Assembly: GCA_009602725.1 (NCBI GenBank)
Contig: WELB01000010.1
Coordinates: 471,151-528,012 of the forward strand
Direction of reading: 5' to 3'
Origin: Spirogloea muscicola
Lineage: Eukaryota
Length of the DNA: 56,862 nt
The notes under the pieces were generated by a model that worked only from the letters and a program-made list of their open reading frames with translations, was not told the origin of the DNA and did no database searches. Made by a program: the position numbers and the translations under genes. Shown here one piece after another: positions 11,225 to 23,680 of this stretch (the stretch's first letter is position 1; each line of letters opens with the position of its first letter).

Positions 11225-11789
11225 GGCCGCCGCCGCCGCCGCCGCCGCTGCCGCCGCGCTGGCGCGCCGCGCACAGACGCCGCGGTTGACGCTACGCTCG
11301 CGAGCGCGACGCCGTTGCCGGAGGCGGCGCCTTCGGCGTCGGCGGCGGCGGCGGCGACGGCGGCGATGCCGCGGGCGGGAGGCCGCAGCTAGGTGAACGG
11401 GGCCTGAGAGGGTTGGGGTTTTCGGGGGGGGGGTGTCTTAAACCCCGACGCTCGGCCGGGCCCTGCCAGCCGCCCGATCGACTGAGCGCCATCGACGGCT
11501 TGCATCGCGGGGACCCGCGCTTTTTGAGGACCTTCCATCTGTCAATGTGCTTGCATTCGTACTCGGTCGCTCAGCCCTCCATCACTCAATACACACTCCG
11601 ATTTCTTCCATCTGAAGGCTACACAAAGCGAAGCTGAATGCTGAAGGGGGTGTACAGTGGGGAAGCCGGGCTGAATGGGAAAATAATACCTCCACAAGCG
11701 ACCACCCACAGTTTCAAAATGCTAATTGTGGAAAAGACAAACGGCTTATCATCAGTCGCAGTCACAACAGGCGGGGCAGTGCCCCTTGC

Positions 11790-12100
11790 CGTCTCTTTGC
11801 AGCGTTCCTATACTTGATTCCCTCTGTGCCTTTAGCGCTTTTCCCTGGCCCCTTCGAACCTTGTTCAATTTATCTGCAGCTTTCTTCTCTTTTCTGGGCT
11901 GGCCTCTCACACTCCTTCGCACTCCGGCTCCTTCAGACCTTGTCCATACCTTTGGGCTGGCCTTTCCCAGCCACCAGTCAATCTGGCCGCGCTTTCTTTC
12001 CCGCCCTTTTGGTCCTTGTTCATTCCTTACGTACTTGGCCGTTTGGCCTTTGTTTGTGCCAAATACACCCAAAAAAATAACCTTATAAGGGCTAGCCACT
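11790..12100 (+). repeat. Mosaic of CRE-like 3' UTR fragments (including family F)
   Basis: 11915-12005 matches 23590-23680, and 11840-11870 matches 18432-18460. Contains several gggctggcct...cagcc hairpins. Confidence 0.65.
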
Positions 12101-12102
12101 CA

Positions 12103-13555
12103 CAGAAGATTCCGTGCATTAGAAAGAAATGTAGGCCAAATGGCCAAGTACAAAGGCAAGCACATCTAGAGATCTACATAACCTACAGCACATTGACACG
12201 CTCAATAACACGGGTCAAAACATAAAGGTCACTACTCGATGCATGAATACCAGATGCCAGAAACGGAGCCCTTCTGCCACCAACTAGAGCTCGCCCAGCT
12301 TTCTGGTGCAAGGCACTAGCCTGAGCACGCTGCAAACAGGCCGAAACTCGTCGTCGCAAGAGCGACAGATAGGCAGCTGGCAAGCCCATGTCAGCCGGAA
12401 CCACATCTGCACGTCGAGTGTAACCTAGATTGTCGATGTTTTGCAGGAGATTGTGGAAACGAGGATCCAGACAGCCAAAGGTGTCGATTGCCGCTGGCAG
12501 GAGCTGATCGCATTGGGGGTAATCGGAGTAATGCCGCAATTTTCGTTGTTCTGCGCCGCCCACTGCGTGCCCAGCGATGTGTGTCGATGCTGGGCCTTTA
12601 TATGCCTCCGTAACAACAACGTCGACCAGGGCCCGTGGTCCTCCACCAGGTTGCACGCCCACAATGTCAAGTGTGCGGCGATGATGACGTCCCTGGGCGT
12701 CCGTGGTGATAGGCATGATATTGTTGACTTCCACGACCGCACGGTAGCCTGCGTCGCGCATCAAGCCCGCCAGGGCATGGCGAAGGAGGTTGTGAATGCC
12801 CACCACTTCTGGTCCAGTGGGACATCTCAGCATGTGAGTGGCGAGCACAGCACCCTCTGCACGGAAGCCGCACTCGCACTGGCGCACCCCAATCAGGCAG
12901 TTAGGTGGGAGGCCGAGGAAGAGTTGAAGCGACGTCCGAAAGGCCTCGGAGCTGATGCTGAAGGCGTTGGCGACGGGGGGAGAGGTGATCCAGTCAGTGG
13001 CACCAGGTGTGGCCAGAGAAGTAAGTCTTGCCAAGCTCCTTGGATTGTTCTGAATCTCTGGCAGCCTCACTCAACCTTCTGCGGCGTTCGCCTTCCACTG
13101 CCGTAACCAGTCTGGATTGTGCTCCTCTACTAGAAGCTTGGGCGAGGGCAGAGAATGGTGTGAGTAGGGGTTGGAGAGAGGGGAAAGAGCTGATGGCTGA
13201 GTCGCGGATGCTCCTCAGATCCGCTTGGAAGGGGAAGGAGCCTTTCTCCACATTGCGTACAGGGTCGTGGAGGCAAGGGAAGCGCATGGGGAGCAGGGAG
13301 GCGATCTCGTGCCAGCAGCCCAGGAAGGCTGCTTGCGCCGTCTGCTCCAACGACCGGCAGCCAGGGCCGCCCATGCGAGTAGGGAGGGAGGCCTGGAGGG
13401 AAGCTGAAGCTGAGGGAAAAGATGAAGAATGTAGCAAGGATGCCAGGGACTGCAGAATGGAGTTATCATATTCCTTGTAGAGCTCCGCCACCATGCCCAA
13501 GGGGGCGACTGTCCGTTGCAGATAGCAAGCCCGTTGGCCGATGCAGCGGGTGACG
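12103..13555 (-). mobile_element. CRE-like retrotransposon family B, 5'-truncated
   Basis: ORFs 12994-13500 and 12183-13070 encode QASLPTRMGGPG, CECG..HMLRC, RRTLDIV, LVDVVV, RKLRHY and PAAIDTFGCL. Nearly identical to 21075-22535. Confidence 0.9.
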
Positions 13556-13609
13556 ATTTAGGATCACAGCCGTCGCTGTATTGAATGAGCTGGTCCTAGG
13601 CGGGGGGGC

Positions 13610-13862
13610 ATTCGCCAGCTATTCGCTCCTTTCCGGCGTTTCCCAGGCAATTGCTTTGCATCGCCGGGCTGGTCGCGCCCTTGCAGCAGCCACTGGTCTG
13701 CGCAGCGGGGTTGCTCTTCCTCCCCTAAGCTCATCTGACTTCCTACTGCTGACACGGGGTATTGAGGGCGCCCTGTCTGCCTACTCCGTCAAGAACACCT
13801 GTATGCATCTGGCTGGCAGGTTACAGCCGATTCTTTAATATCAGCAGCCGCATTTCTTTCCG
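13610..13862 (+). mobile_element. CRE-like family C 3' fragment
   Basis: Encodes SQAIALHRRAGRALAAATGLRSGVALPPLSSSDFLLLTRG, followed by the 3' UTR tgtatgcatctggctggcaggttacagccg. Confidence 0.75.
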
Positions 13863-14029
13863 GCGGCTTACATTTTACGACTTGCAAGTGGGAAAAGGCT
13901 TCTTTGAGCAGCCATCCTTTAGTGCTTTCCAGGGTGGTCTACAGCTTCCGACTCGTATCACTTTGTTCTCGTTTCAGACTTTGTTCTTTCTTCGGAAAGT
14001 AAGCTTCTAAGAGGGGCGAGGGGTGTGCG

Positions 14030-15440
14030 GCGCAAAAAAGAAAGGACGAATTTTCCTTTGTGGGCTGGCTTTTCACAGTCTTCGCTTCCTCTCGGGAAAG
14101 GTGCTTCTCTTCCTCAGTCATGCCCCTATAATGATATCGTTTCTGAATTTTATCACTAACACTGCATTGTCAGGTCGGCTTGACCTCCCTTCTTTTCATG
14201 CGCACCGCGCCACCAGATTTACGAGATCTTTGGGGAAGAGCCTCAGGATGGAAGGGCGAAGAAGCTCCGTCAGAATGGGGGCAATGGCTGTCACAGGCCA
14301 GCCCAAGAAGGAATGGCAAGATGAGATAACAAGTAGGCAAGATGAAAATACAATCCTGAACGAATTGATTGCTGGGAAAGGCCAGCCCAGAAAGAAGATT
14401 GTACGGAAGAGAGAAAGCGCGCGGAGCGCATGAAATGAAAGAGAGGCCAATACAAGCCAATACATTGTTTAGGCAGAGTCTAGGGCAAACCAAACAAGGC
14501 TACAGAATACGGAGACCTAAAGTAAGGTGCCTAAGGTGACATTAGTACCCACGGGGGAGCACAAACAAATCTGACAAGCTAAATGAGAAGCTGGAGCGCC
14601 GCCACGAAAGCTGGAGGCCTGACTTAGAGCGCGCCCTGCACGTTGAGAAGAACCAATGCTTGCGAGCGCTGCAAACGAAGCGAGAGCCGCATTCTATGAC
14701 ATGCAACTAAGGCCTGCGGAATGCTGGAGTGGCCCAAACTGCCCCCCGAATTCGACGACGCGCATCAACCAGCCGGGCCAGATGCTGGATCAGGGAGGAC
14801 CATTTCACGTAGTAGCCTCCGTAGACAGAAGAATGAGAGGAGCTCCGAGCTACTCTCTTCCAGCCACCGCCCTCTGCTGGAAGCGCTAGCCTTTGCCTCC
14901 GTCATGGACGCTTGTATGCATCTGGCTGGCGGTTTACAGCCGATTCTTTAATATCAGCAGCTGCAAGTCTTTTGCTGGAAGCGCCCACTACCGGAAGCCT
15001 CTAATTTTCCACGGGTTCTAGAGGACCCCCTTAGGCAAACACACGAGATTCTCCCCTTCGGCAGCTCATTGCCTCGTTACCAAAGAAGAAGGTGCTCGCC
15101 CATTGAGAAGAGGGGCTAGCAAAGCCAACCCAAAAAGAATGGACAATGTTCAAAGCCAAAGAAATAGGTGCTGAAAAAGGACTACACTACAAAGTGCAAG
15201 ACGGTGCAGAGGGAGATGCAGATTACTGCCAGGACTTTGTAAGGCTCGGGTTGGCCTCGCTTTCGTTTCATGTGCACCGGCGCGCCTTTCTTCAGCAGGT
15301 TACGCACTGCTACCTTATTAGCCCCCCCTTCCTACAGTTGCGTCATACAAAGCGAAACCCAACTCTCTTTGCTCTAGCTGAACAGCAGTTTTGGCTCGCA
15401 TTGGCCTCCCTTTCACTCCATACACATCTGCGCCCGCGCC
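14030..15440. repeat. Mosaic of degenerate CRE-like 3' ends (family D 14365-14705 -, family C 14885-14965 +, family E 15083-15225 -, further D fragments)
   Basis: The minus strand of 14543-14705 encodes RMRLSLRLQRSQA..RAGRAL..SDLFVLPRGY*. Recurrent ttggcctcYctttcatttcatgcgc and GGCTG..CAGCC motifs. Confidence 0.7.
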
Positions 15441-16443
15441 CGTCAAACCCTATTCATTCCCGTAGCAGGACAAGCACCGTCCACAGTGCGGCCCCAGAAG
15501 TTGTACCTGCTTCAACCGGGTGGGGGGTTGGGAGGATCTAGCGGGCCGAAGCGGAGCGCGGCCTAGAGCCGCCCGATGACCGCACCCCAGGGGCGATCGA
15601 CCGCCCACGGTGCGTCACATGGCGACCTCCACGTCGGACGGCGACCGGAGCGTGCCACATGGCGGAGTGCCGCCAGCGACGCGTGGGCGAAGTACGAAGG
15701 CATCCTCGGGGATGCCGGTCCCCGAGGGTCCGGCGGCGGCTTGGCGGCGGCTACCCACCACCAGCCCCCCCCCCCCCATCGCAGCAACTGTCCGGCGGGC
15801 CGGACCTACCTTGACTCTCACGCCGCTGGCCCCGCTCTCGCCGCAGGTTCTTGAGACGTCCCGCTCTTACAAATCTCCTGCAGCCTGTGTGCGCGAGACG
15901 CTCGTCTGAAGCCCACAACAACTGCCTCTGGACCGCTGAAAGACGCGCAATGCATCGCGGCGTGCGGTCAAGCGGCCAGCCGGCCTGGCAGGCATTTGCA
16001 GCTGTGTCGTCCCACGTCCCCATCAAACGGCAACCACACCAGCAGATGTATGCTTGGAAGCGGGAAAAATGATTGAAGGTTCATACAGCGCGCCGCGGCA
16101 GGGCTAAATGCAGCCCGCTCTTGCGCTATCCCGCTCCTAGCGCGGCAAAATTGTCCTGGATGGAAGAAAGGGGCCCTTGCCCACTCTGTCATCAGCGACC
16201 ACTCTCTCGGCTCATGCGCTCTCCAAAATCTGAAAGCTAAGGTCCTCAAGGCACAGACGTCAGGGCCTGCCATTTGATGTGTCGCGTAAGCGAATTGCCT
16301 CCTGTGAAGGCTAGTCACATTGGCGATAAAGTTCGGCCACCTGCTGTACAGCTCTTCTTCAGGCTCCAAAGAGTGTGGCTGTGGCGTGAACAATCAGTGG
16401 CAGATTGCTGTCTTCAACTGAAGAAGGTCGTGGCCCGCTGGCC

Positions 16444-17387
16444 TCAGGGCTGCGGCTTCAGGGCAATGGGGCGGTGCACAGCCTGGCCCAGCCTGTAGCT
16501 GTTGGAGCAGGAGTCGAAGGTCGAGCACCTCCGCCTCTTCGAGGGCTCCTGCAGTGCCTCTGCCCTTGCCAGTGCAAGGGCTGCCTGGCCCTGCTGGGCG
16601 AGAATCTTGATCTGAGCCTGCGCATCCAGCTGCATCTTGGCTTGCGCCTGCACGGGGGCATGAGCCTGACTGTACACCTGGACCTGAGCCTGCGCCAAGC
16701 CCCAGGACCTGGCAGCAGCCGCGACATCTGTGATAGCCTGAGACGTCGCACACGGGTAGGGCGACATCTGCGCGGTGGTCGCAGGCGGTGGGAGGTTAAA
16801 GGCTGAAGAGCGGCACGTGCAATCGCCGCTGCCTGGGTTGTCGTTGCAATTGGTGGCAGGACTCTCCTCCGACTCCGTTTCCAACTCACTCTCCTCGTCG
16901 CAATTGCTGCTCCTGGAGCGCTTGTGGCCACCACGGCCGCTCGGTTGGTGCTGCTCGGCCAGCGCAGACGCTGACTCCTTGGCAGCAGACGCTGCCTCCT
17001 TGGCCTTCCCACCCTCGGTGGCGGCGATGTTGAGGTCAATCGAGCCGTCGCGCAGCTTGTCCAGCTGCTTGTGGAGGGAGGAGACGTAGTCGAACACCTC
17101 CGTCAAGAACGCCGCCGTGTTGGACCGCGCCGAGTGCGGCACGATGGTCCTCAGAGCATCCAGCCTGTGCCACACCGCCGAGGCCGCGGCAAATGAGCAG
17201 AGGCACACCTGTTGGCACAAATTAACGGCTTCACAGCGGTGGGAGACCAGCAGGCCTTGGCGAGCGGCTCTCACCGGTCATTGATGCGGGCCCGCCGGCG
17301 CTGCTCGGCGGCCATGTGACGGGAGGCGCACATGCCGCTGCGCGTGCCGCCGTTGCGGCCGCCGCCAACGGCGCCGCCACCGCCGCC
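16444..17387 (-). CDS. bHLH transcription factor, BIM-like (start probably in or near the N-gap 17388-17444)
   Basis: The exon ending at 17275 (RHMAAEQRRRARINDR) splices GT-AG to 17164 (LDALRTIVPHSARSNTAAFLTEVFDYV), giving a complete H-E-R basic region and HLH. The C-terminus is Q/A-rich. Confidence 0.85.
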
Positions 17388-17625
17388 NNNNNNNNNNNNN
17401 NNNNNNNNNNNNNNNNNNNNNNNNNNNNNNNNNNNNNNNNNNNNNGCGGAGGCGGCGGCGGCGGCGGCGGAGGTGCCGCGACGGGCGGCGCGGCGGCGGG
17501 CGGGGCTGGCGCGGCGGGTGTGGCGGAGCAAGATGGGGGGAGCACGAAGCCTCCTCCCCCCGTGGCCCCCCCCCCCGGCCACATGCGCGCCACCCGGGAC
17601 TTGGCCCCTGGCACATCGCAAGGGC

Positions 17626-18920
17626 CGCTTTCCCCCTTCTCGTACTCTGTTCATTCTTTTTCGGGCTGGTTGTTCCAGCCCCTATTCTCAATGGGCGAGC
17701 ACTTTCTTCTTTCCCGCGCAAGGGGGTAGGCCCAGTCGGGCCCCACCCGGGGCAGGGCGCGCGGGCCCCCCCCCCGCCGAAAAAACCCCCCGCCACATCT
17801 GGCGGCTGCAGTTGGAAGGGGCTGAGAGGGGTGGATCCAGCTGTCAGTAAGAAGCGGCTTTTGCATCCGTCGGAAGAGCTTCTTCCTTGCTCCCCAAGTC
17901 ACCTTGTCGGACGTGTATGTGCTCACCCGTGGGTACTCATGTCACACTGTTTCGTCAACCACCTTAGCATAGGGCTTCGTTTCATGTAGCCCCAAACTTT
18001 GCACTACTTTTGCCTGAACGATGAATTGGCTGGCATTGGCCGCCCTTGCCATCCATGCTCAGCGCGCGCCTTCTTTCTTTGGACATTGTTCATCCTTTCT
18101 TGGACTGGCTTTCACAGCCCTCGCCCCCTGTGGACTAGCTGGAAGAGCCTCTTAATGTGCTGCTGCTTCTTCTTCACAGCTTGTTTCTGCGGGGTCACCA
18201 ACCAATGTGTGCCGTATCCACCACTCCATCTTGCTCCAGCATTTTCAGGCATTCGTGGTGCGTTAGCAGACAGCCCGCGCCTTGGCTGCCGCCTCTGGGC
18301 CTCAGCATGGCGCCTCTTCTCCCAGCTACCAGCCACTTACCGACCTTCTGACTACGTATCACTGAGCACACAAACGTAGTGGCCATCTAAGTGGCTGTTG
18401 TGCGGCATAGTGGCCAATTGCGTGGCTTGCATTTCCCGGCCCCTTCGAACCTTGTTCAATCTCTTGGGGCTGGCCTTTCACATCCAGCGACCCCTTATAT
18501 AAAAGCTTCTACTCTTTCTTTTGAAGCGCAGGGCGTGACTTGTGGGAGTGAAACGAGGCGGAGAAGCAGAGGACACCTACTGCAGACGGTGTGGGCAGAT
18601 ACCTCCTCCATGCAAAACCTGTAGATGTGGTGGAACCCAGTCAAGCTCCCTGCTCAACCTTGCCTGTGCTTGAGTCAAGGTCAAGTATCACATCCCCACT
18701 CTGTTACATATATGCCTGATACACATGCTAAGCTGCCATACTGTGCATCATATGCCTGACAACATGCTAAGCTGCCAAGCAGAGGCCAATGCTTCGCAGA
18801 AGAAGCACACTGAACGGGGCGATGGCTGTGAAAGGCCAGCTCAGAGAAACTGCTCCCCCAGAAGACGGAAGGGCGCGCGGTGGCATGAAATGAGAGGAAG
18901 GCCAAGAAAAGCCAGAACTG
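17626..18920. repeat. CRE-like 3' fragments (family A 17626-17713 +; family D 17870-18130 + and 18815-18920 -)
   Basis: Family A terminus present. 17893-17937 encodes PQVTLSDVYVLTRGY. Family D UTR motifs present. Confidence 0.7.
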
Positions 18921-19157
18921 TGTAAAGTAACAACTGTGCATGAGAGTGGACTGGGTGACAGACTGCACTAGGCTCGGACTCCTATCCTTCTTCTATCTTC
19001 GGCGCAACCGGCCCGCCAGAAGCGCTGGCGCTGGAATAGCGCCGCCCACCAGACTGGCGGATGGCTTGGCGGGCCGCCACATGGGGGCCAACCCTCCCCG
19101 CCTGCTGCCGACACTTCCGCCGCCCACGGGGGCCCGCCGACCCTCGTCGGAAGCACG

Positions 19158-19315
19158 CCACGTTGGCAAGCCGCACGTGCCGCGGGAAGCCGCGCGCAAT
19201 GATTCGGCAGGGTGGCCACGCCACGCCACGTGGCCTACCGGCACTCGTCACGTGGCCGCCCGGGCGCGGGCCCGTGGGCCACGGCCGTGCGGCCGCGTTC
19301 GGGGGTCACGTGGCG
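19158..19315. promoter_or_regulatory. Cluster of G-box/ABRE-like motifs
   Basis: CACGTG at about 19174, 19227 (GCCACGTGGC), 19249 and 19307, i.e. four within 140 bp. Confidence 0.45.
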
Positions 19316-19411
19316 GGGGCCCACGCGCTGGCGCGTCAGGCTCAAGGTTTTGGCTGGGGCGGGGGCTTTTGACCAACCGGGGTTTAAGGGGGCGGGGGGG
19401 GCTTTTTGCGT

Positions 19412-19482
19412 CCTTTTGTTGATTTCTTTTGGGCTGGCTTTTCCAGCCCCTATTCTCAATGGGCGAGCACTTTCTTCTTTTT
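19412..19482 (+). mobile_element. Family A 3' terminus
   Basis: tttgggctggcttttccagcccctattctcaatgggcgagcactttcttctt. Confidence 0.8.
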
Positions 19483-19559
19483 GCCTGACGCTGGCCCGCC
19501 CACCCCCCACGGCAGCTGCCGTCACCTGGCCCAGGGGGATCGGCGGCCCAAACGTGAGC

Positions 19560-19650
19560 AGAAGTAAGAAGAAAGAAGATCGTAGGAAGAAGAAAGACGA
19601 AAGAAGAAAGAAGGAAGAAGAAAGAGCTCCTCCACTGTAAGAAAGAAGAA
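19560..19650 (+). repeat. GAA-rich low-complexity purine tract
   Basis: aagaagaaagaagatcgtaggaagaagaaagacgaaagaagaaagaaggaagaag. Confidence 0.7.
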
Positions 19651-19689
19651 TGTTAGCCGCTCTCATCATATCAGCAACAGCACTCGCTT

Positions 19690-22537
19690 GTTCTTGGCCA
19701 TCTTCCCTCTTTTGGCGTCGGAGGCCGCAAGACTTTCCAAGACAGGCTGGCTAAATTTACAAGTGGAAAATGGGATGAGTTTGCTCAGCAGCGTTCAGCA
19801 GCTGCTCAGGTCACGCTCTCGCAGCGGCGGGCGCGCAATGGATCAGTCAACCAGCCCTCTCAACAGTTCACAGCTGGCAATCTAGCGCGGGCAAGACGCT
19901 TTGGCAGGGCAGGAGAACTTTCCCGGGCCGCTCAGGCCCTTTGTCCTGACCCCCTGGCTACTACCAACGACGCCACAGAGGCTACCTTGCGACAGCTCCA
20001 CCCCCCTCCACCACACCCACTTGAGCCCTGGGCTGGCGAGCTCCCCAACCCTCTTGACCTATCGGCAGAGGCGCTCCGTGTGGCCCTGACCAAAGCCCCC
20101 CGGATGGTGTCCAGAGGCCCTTCTGGGTGGCAATTTTAGCACCTACACGACCTATACTATTCCTTGATGGGGATGAGAGGAGCTTTCCCTGTTCCTGTCC
20201 ACCTGCCGGCACATCGCCAGGGCTGCCATTCCACCACGCATTGCCGACGCCTTAAACTCCAGCCACCTGCTAGCCCTTGCTAAGCCAACAGGCGGTGTTA
20301 GACCCATTGCGATGACGGAGGTTGTCATGCGGCGGGTATCAAAGGCCGTGTGCAGCAAGCTGAAACCCCAGCTGACCAGCCATCTATCACCCCACCAATT
20401 TGGTGCTGGCATGTCCTGCGGGGCGGAGGCCCTCGTCCACGGCATCCGTGCCGCTCTCGACGTGGACCCTTCATGATGGTCCTTGGGCTGGATATCAGTA
20501 ACGCCTTTAACACAGTGGAGTGGAGCGCAGCATCATCATGGAGGAGCTGCGCGATCACTTCCCTTCCCTTATACCCTATTTCCTCATGGCCTATGGCCGC
20601 CCAGGGCGGCTGCTGTGGCAAGCCGGAGAGTCGTGGAAGACGCTGTGGTCATCTTCTGGCACACGCCAGGGGGATCCCCTTAGCCCAAACCTGTTTGCGT
20701 TGGCACATTGCCGGGCTATTCGGCGCACTCAGAGCCAACACCCAGACCTCCTCTTCCCTTCCTACGCGGATGACACATACATCATTGGACCTCCAGCTGA
20801 AGTCATGGCGGCTTACCCCTTGCTCGTTCGCGAATTGGACCTGATGGGCCTGCGGGTTTGCCCGTCCGAGAGTGGTCCCCACGCGGTCTCCCTGCCAACC
20901 TTCAGCTCCCCCACGGCTGTTAGACCCCTGCCAATGGGCTGGCCTTCCTCAAGGTCCCCTTCGGTATACCAGCTCACGTGGCGGTGGACTTGCGGGAACG
21001 CCTTCACAATTACCTCGCCCCCCTCCCTTCCCTTCCCCTCCTTGGGGACACGCAGCTGGCGTTGGTCATCCTCACCCGCTGCATCGGCCAACGGGCTTGC
21101 TACCTGCAACGGACAGTCGCCCCCTTGGGCATGGTGGCGGAGCTCTACAAGGAATATGATAACTCCATTCTGCAGTCCCTGGCATCCTTGCTAGATTCTT
21201 CATCTAGATTCTTCTTTTCCCTCAGCTTCAGCTTCCCTCCAGGCCTCCCTCCCTACTCGCATGGGCGGCCCTGGCTGCTGGTCGTTGGAGCAGACGGCGC
21301 AAGCAGCCTTCCTGGGCTGCTGGCGCCAGATCGCCTCCCTGCTCCCCATGCGCTTCCCTTGCCTCCACGACCCTGTACGCAATGTGGAGGAAGGCTCCTT
21401 CCCCTTCCAAGCGGATCTGAGGAGCATCCGCGACTCAGCCATCAGCTCTTTCCCCTCTCTCCAACCCCTACTCACACCATTCTCTGCCCTCGCCCAAGCT
21501 TCTGATAGAGGAGCACAATCCAGACTGTTTACGGCAGTGGAAGACGAACGCCGCAGAAGGTTGAGTGAGGCTGCCAGAGATTCAGAACAATCCAAGGAGC
21601 TTGGCAAGACTTACTTCTCTGGCCACACCTGGTGCCACTGACTGGATCACCTCTCCCCCCGTCGCCAACGCCTTCAGCATCAGCTCCGAGGCCTTTCGGA
21701 CGTCACTTCAACTCTTCCTCGGCCTCCCACCTAACTGCCTGATTAGGGTGCGCCAGTGCGAGTGCGGCTTCCGTGCAGAGGGTGCTGAGCTCGCCACTCA
21801 CATGCTGAGATGCCCCACTGGACCAGAAGTGGTGGGCATTCACATCCTCCATCGCGATGCCCTGGCGGGCTTGATGCGCGACGCCGGCTCTCGTGCGGTC
21901 GTGGAAGTCAACAATATCATGCCTATCACCACGGACGCCCAGGGACGTCATCATCGCCGCACACTTGACATTGTGGGCGTGCAACCTGGTGAGGGACCAC
22001 GGGCCCTGGTCGACGTTGTTGTTACGGAGGCACATAAAGGCCCAGCATCGACACACATCGCTGGGCACGCAGTGGGCGGTGCAGAACAAAGAAAATTGCG
22101 GGACTACTCCGATTACCCCCAATGCGATCAGCTCCTGCCAGCGGCAATCGATATCTTTGGCTGTCTGGGTCCTCGTTTCCACACTCTCCTTCAAAACATT
22201 GCCAATCTAGGCTACACTCGACGTGCAGATGTGTTGCCGGCTGAGATGGGCTCGCCAGCTGCATATCTGTCGCTCTTGCGACGACGAGTTTCGCCCTTTT
22301 TGCAGCGTGCTCAGGCTAGTGCCTTGCACCAGAAAGCTGGACGAGCTTTAGTTGGTGGCAGAAGGGCTCCGTTTCTGGCATCTAGTATTCATGCATCAGT
22401 TAGTGACCTGTATGTTTTGACCCGTGGTTATTGAGCGGGTCAATCTGCTGTAGGTTATGTAGATCTTAAGATGTGATTGCCTTTGTACTTGGCCATTTGG
22501 CCTACATTTGTTTCTAATACACGGAACTGGCTTCTTC
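19690..22537 (+). mobile_element. CRE-like retrotransposon family B, near full-length RT-RLE, inactivated
   Basis: Reads RLAKFTSGKW..GELSRAAQAL..TLRQLHP..GPSGWQF*HL..LLALAKPTGGVRPIAMTEV..HQFGAG..GAEALVHGIR..LDISNAFNTVE..GTRQGDPL..YADD, then the RLE, ending SDLYVLTRGY* at 22434. Several stops and frameshifts. Confidence 0.9.
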
Positions 22538-22540
22538 AGT

Positions 22541-23680
22541 GGCTGTGAGAGGCCAGCCCAGGAGGAGTGCACAGGACACAGGGGGAAGTGCGCGCCCTGC
22601 GCATGAAACCGCGAGGGAGCCAATTCAAGCGGATCGTGAAGTCCATCTTGAACAAGTTCTCGCAGGGCAACTTATCATACGTACATTGTCCTTGTCAAAA
22701 CAGCTGGAGCAGGCTCATCTTCGTGCTGCTTTGCACTAATTTGGTTCGCTCTGCCTGTCACATCACTCCTGTGCTAAGGGTGGCTGATGTGACTGGAGAA
22801 GCTGGACAGTCACATCACTCCCATGAAACAGCCCTTCCAAATTGACAGCAATGGCAGTGAGAAGCCAGTCCAAAGAAATGGACAAGGTCCTATGGACCCT
22901 GGTATCCTGCTTATGGCGCCATCCGGCCCTTTCAGAACTTGTGCACTCTCCAGCTGGCCTCTCACAGCCAATACCATAAACCGGAAGAGCTGTTCCTATG
23001 CAAGGGGTCCACTCTTTCTGGGCTGGCCTTTCCCAGCCCTTGTCTTCTGAGAGAGCTCTTTCTTTTGAAGGGGGGACTCCAGTAGCCACGATTGAGCAAA
23101 TATACAATCGATAGGCTAATGTGGGGAGCTGGAGCACCGCCACGGAAGTCAGTGGCCTGGATTAGGTGCGCAATGCGCAACGTAGATAGAGACAAAGCCA
23201 CCATCACACCTGGCTCGCACCCGGCTCGCACCCGATTCGTGCCCAGCTTGCGCCAGCTTCTGGCGGGCAGGGTCGTGCCCTGCTCGCAATACAATATGGC
23301 CATGGGGCTGAGGACCTCTCAAGCACCTGTGACGAGCGTTTGGTGCACCCCCACCTGGTGTCCTTATCTTTGTGCACGCTCATTGGGTTGGCCAGTTGCA
23401 CCACGCTCTTGTTGGAAGAGCTTCTCTCTTTTCAAATGCTCGAGGTCGACTCAAATTGCAGTCAAGCCATTCAGGTAGTCCGGGCTGAGCCCTTTGTTAC
23501 TCTTGGACGTCTTTCCACCAGCTAGCTACTCGGATCTGCATCTCCTGTCTAGAGGTTACTGAGCGTTCCCTGGCTGATGTCTTAGTCCTAGTCGTTCGCA
23601 CTCAAGCTCCCTCAGACCCTGTCCATTCTTTTGGGCTGGCCTTCCCCAGCCACCAGTCAATCTGGCGGCGCTTTCCCTTT
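22541..23680. repeat. Mosaic of CRE-like 3' ends (family D 22541-22700 - and 23085-23190 -; family F 23500-23680 +)
   Basis: About 23511-23561 encodes FPPASYSDLHLLSRGY*. The minus strand of 23082-23160 encodes FRGGAPAPHISLSIVYLLNRGY. Multiple hairpin motifs. Confidence 0.7.
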
